Source of the DNA: a virus
Taxonomy: Duplodnaviria; Heunggongvirae; Uroviricota; Caudoviricetes
Direction: 5' to 3' (one strand)
Length of the DNA: 15,734 nt
IMG/VR virus record: IMGVR_UViG_2645727991_000015
Coordinates: 1 to 15,734 of that record
The notes under the pieces were generated by a model. That model had not been told where the DNA came from, did no database searches, and saw only the letters and a list, made by a program, of their open reading frames with translations. Position numbers and translations under genes: made by a program. This document shows positions 15,481-15,734 of this stretch, piece after piece. How positions within the stretch are numbered: the stretch's first letter is position 1; the number at the start of each line of letters is the position of its first letter.

Positions 15481-15734
15481 GCAACCACCTGATTCACCGT
15501 TGCGATGACCGCTTAGATCCGCAGCTTGAATTTCAGCAGGCTCCGGGGAGTGCGAGGGGTGAAGCGGACGCGTGAACGTCGGTGTGACCAGCTGAAATCA
15601 ACTCAACACCTCATACCTCAGTCGCTTCAACGAGGCGTATGAAACGACAATAACTCAGTCCGCCTGGCGCCGATTATTCTGGCCGGTTTTGTAACCTGAG
15701 TGTCATTTACATGATCCAACAGGAAATGGCGTGA

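Noticed and set aside
15711-15734. Short ATG...TGA reading frame at the window end (atgatccaacaggaaatggcgtga) as a possible N gene start
   Set aside because: Only 7 codons before an in-frame stop; any N-like gene would lie beyond the window, so no call is made.

Overview
This window is a contiguous stretch of a lambdoid (lambda/DLP12-like) prophage, read in reverse orientation relative to the canonical lambda map. From left to right it holds: the start of the terminase large subunit gene A and Nu1 (minus strand), an internal cos site, a YlcI-like small gene, bor, the lysis cassette (Rz/Rz1, SAR endolysin, pinholin), an OmpC-family porin moron on the opposite strand, the Q antiterminator, nin-region genes (ylcG, rusA, ybcO, ninE, ybcN), a roughly 2.2 kb AT-rich insert encoding an ABC-type ATPase plus an RloB-like protein, then ren, P, O with an internal iteron origin, a cII-position gene broken by one in-frame TAG, a Cro-like gene, a divergent CI-like repressor, and a two-gene operon at the rexAB position followed by a terminator and a putative OL/pL region. 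The two best candidates for an undescribed or under-described system are the rex-position operon (14314..15246 plus 13844..14317) and the AT-rich ATPase/RloB cassette (7622..9604). All protein identifications come from reading the translations and recalling known families; no database search was run, so family names and gene symbols are recall-based and need confirmation.
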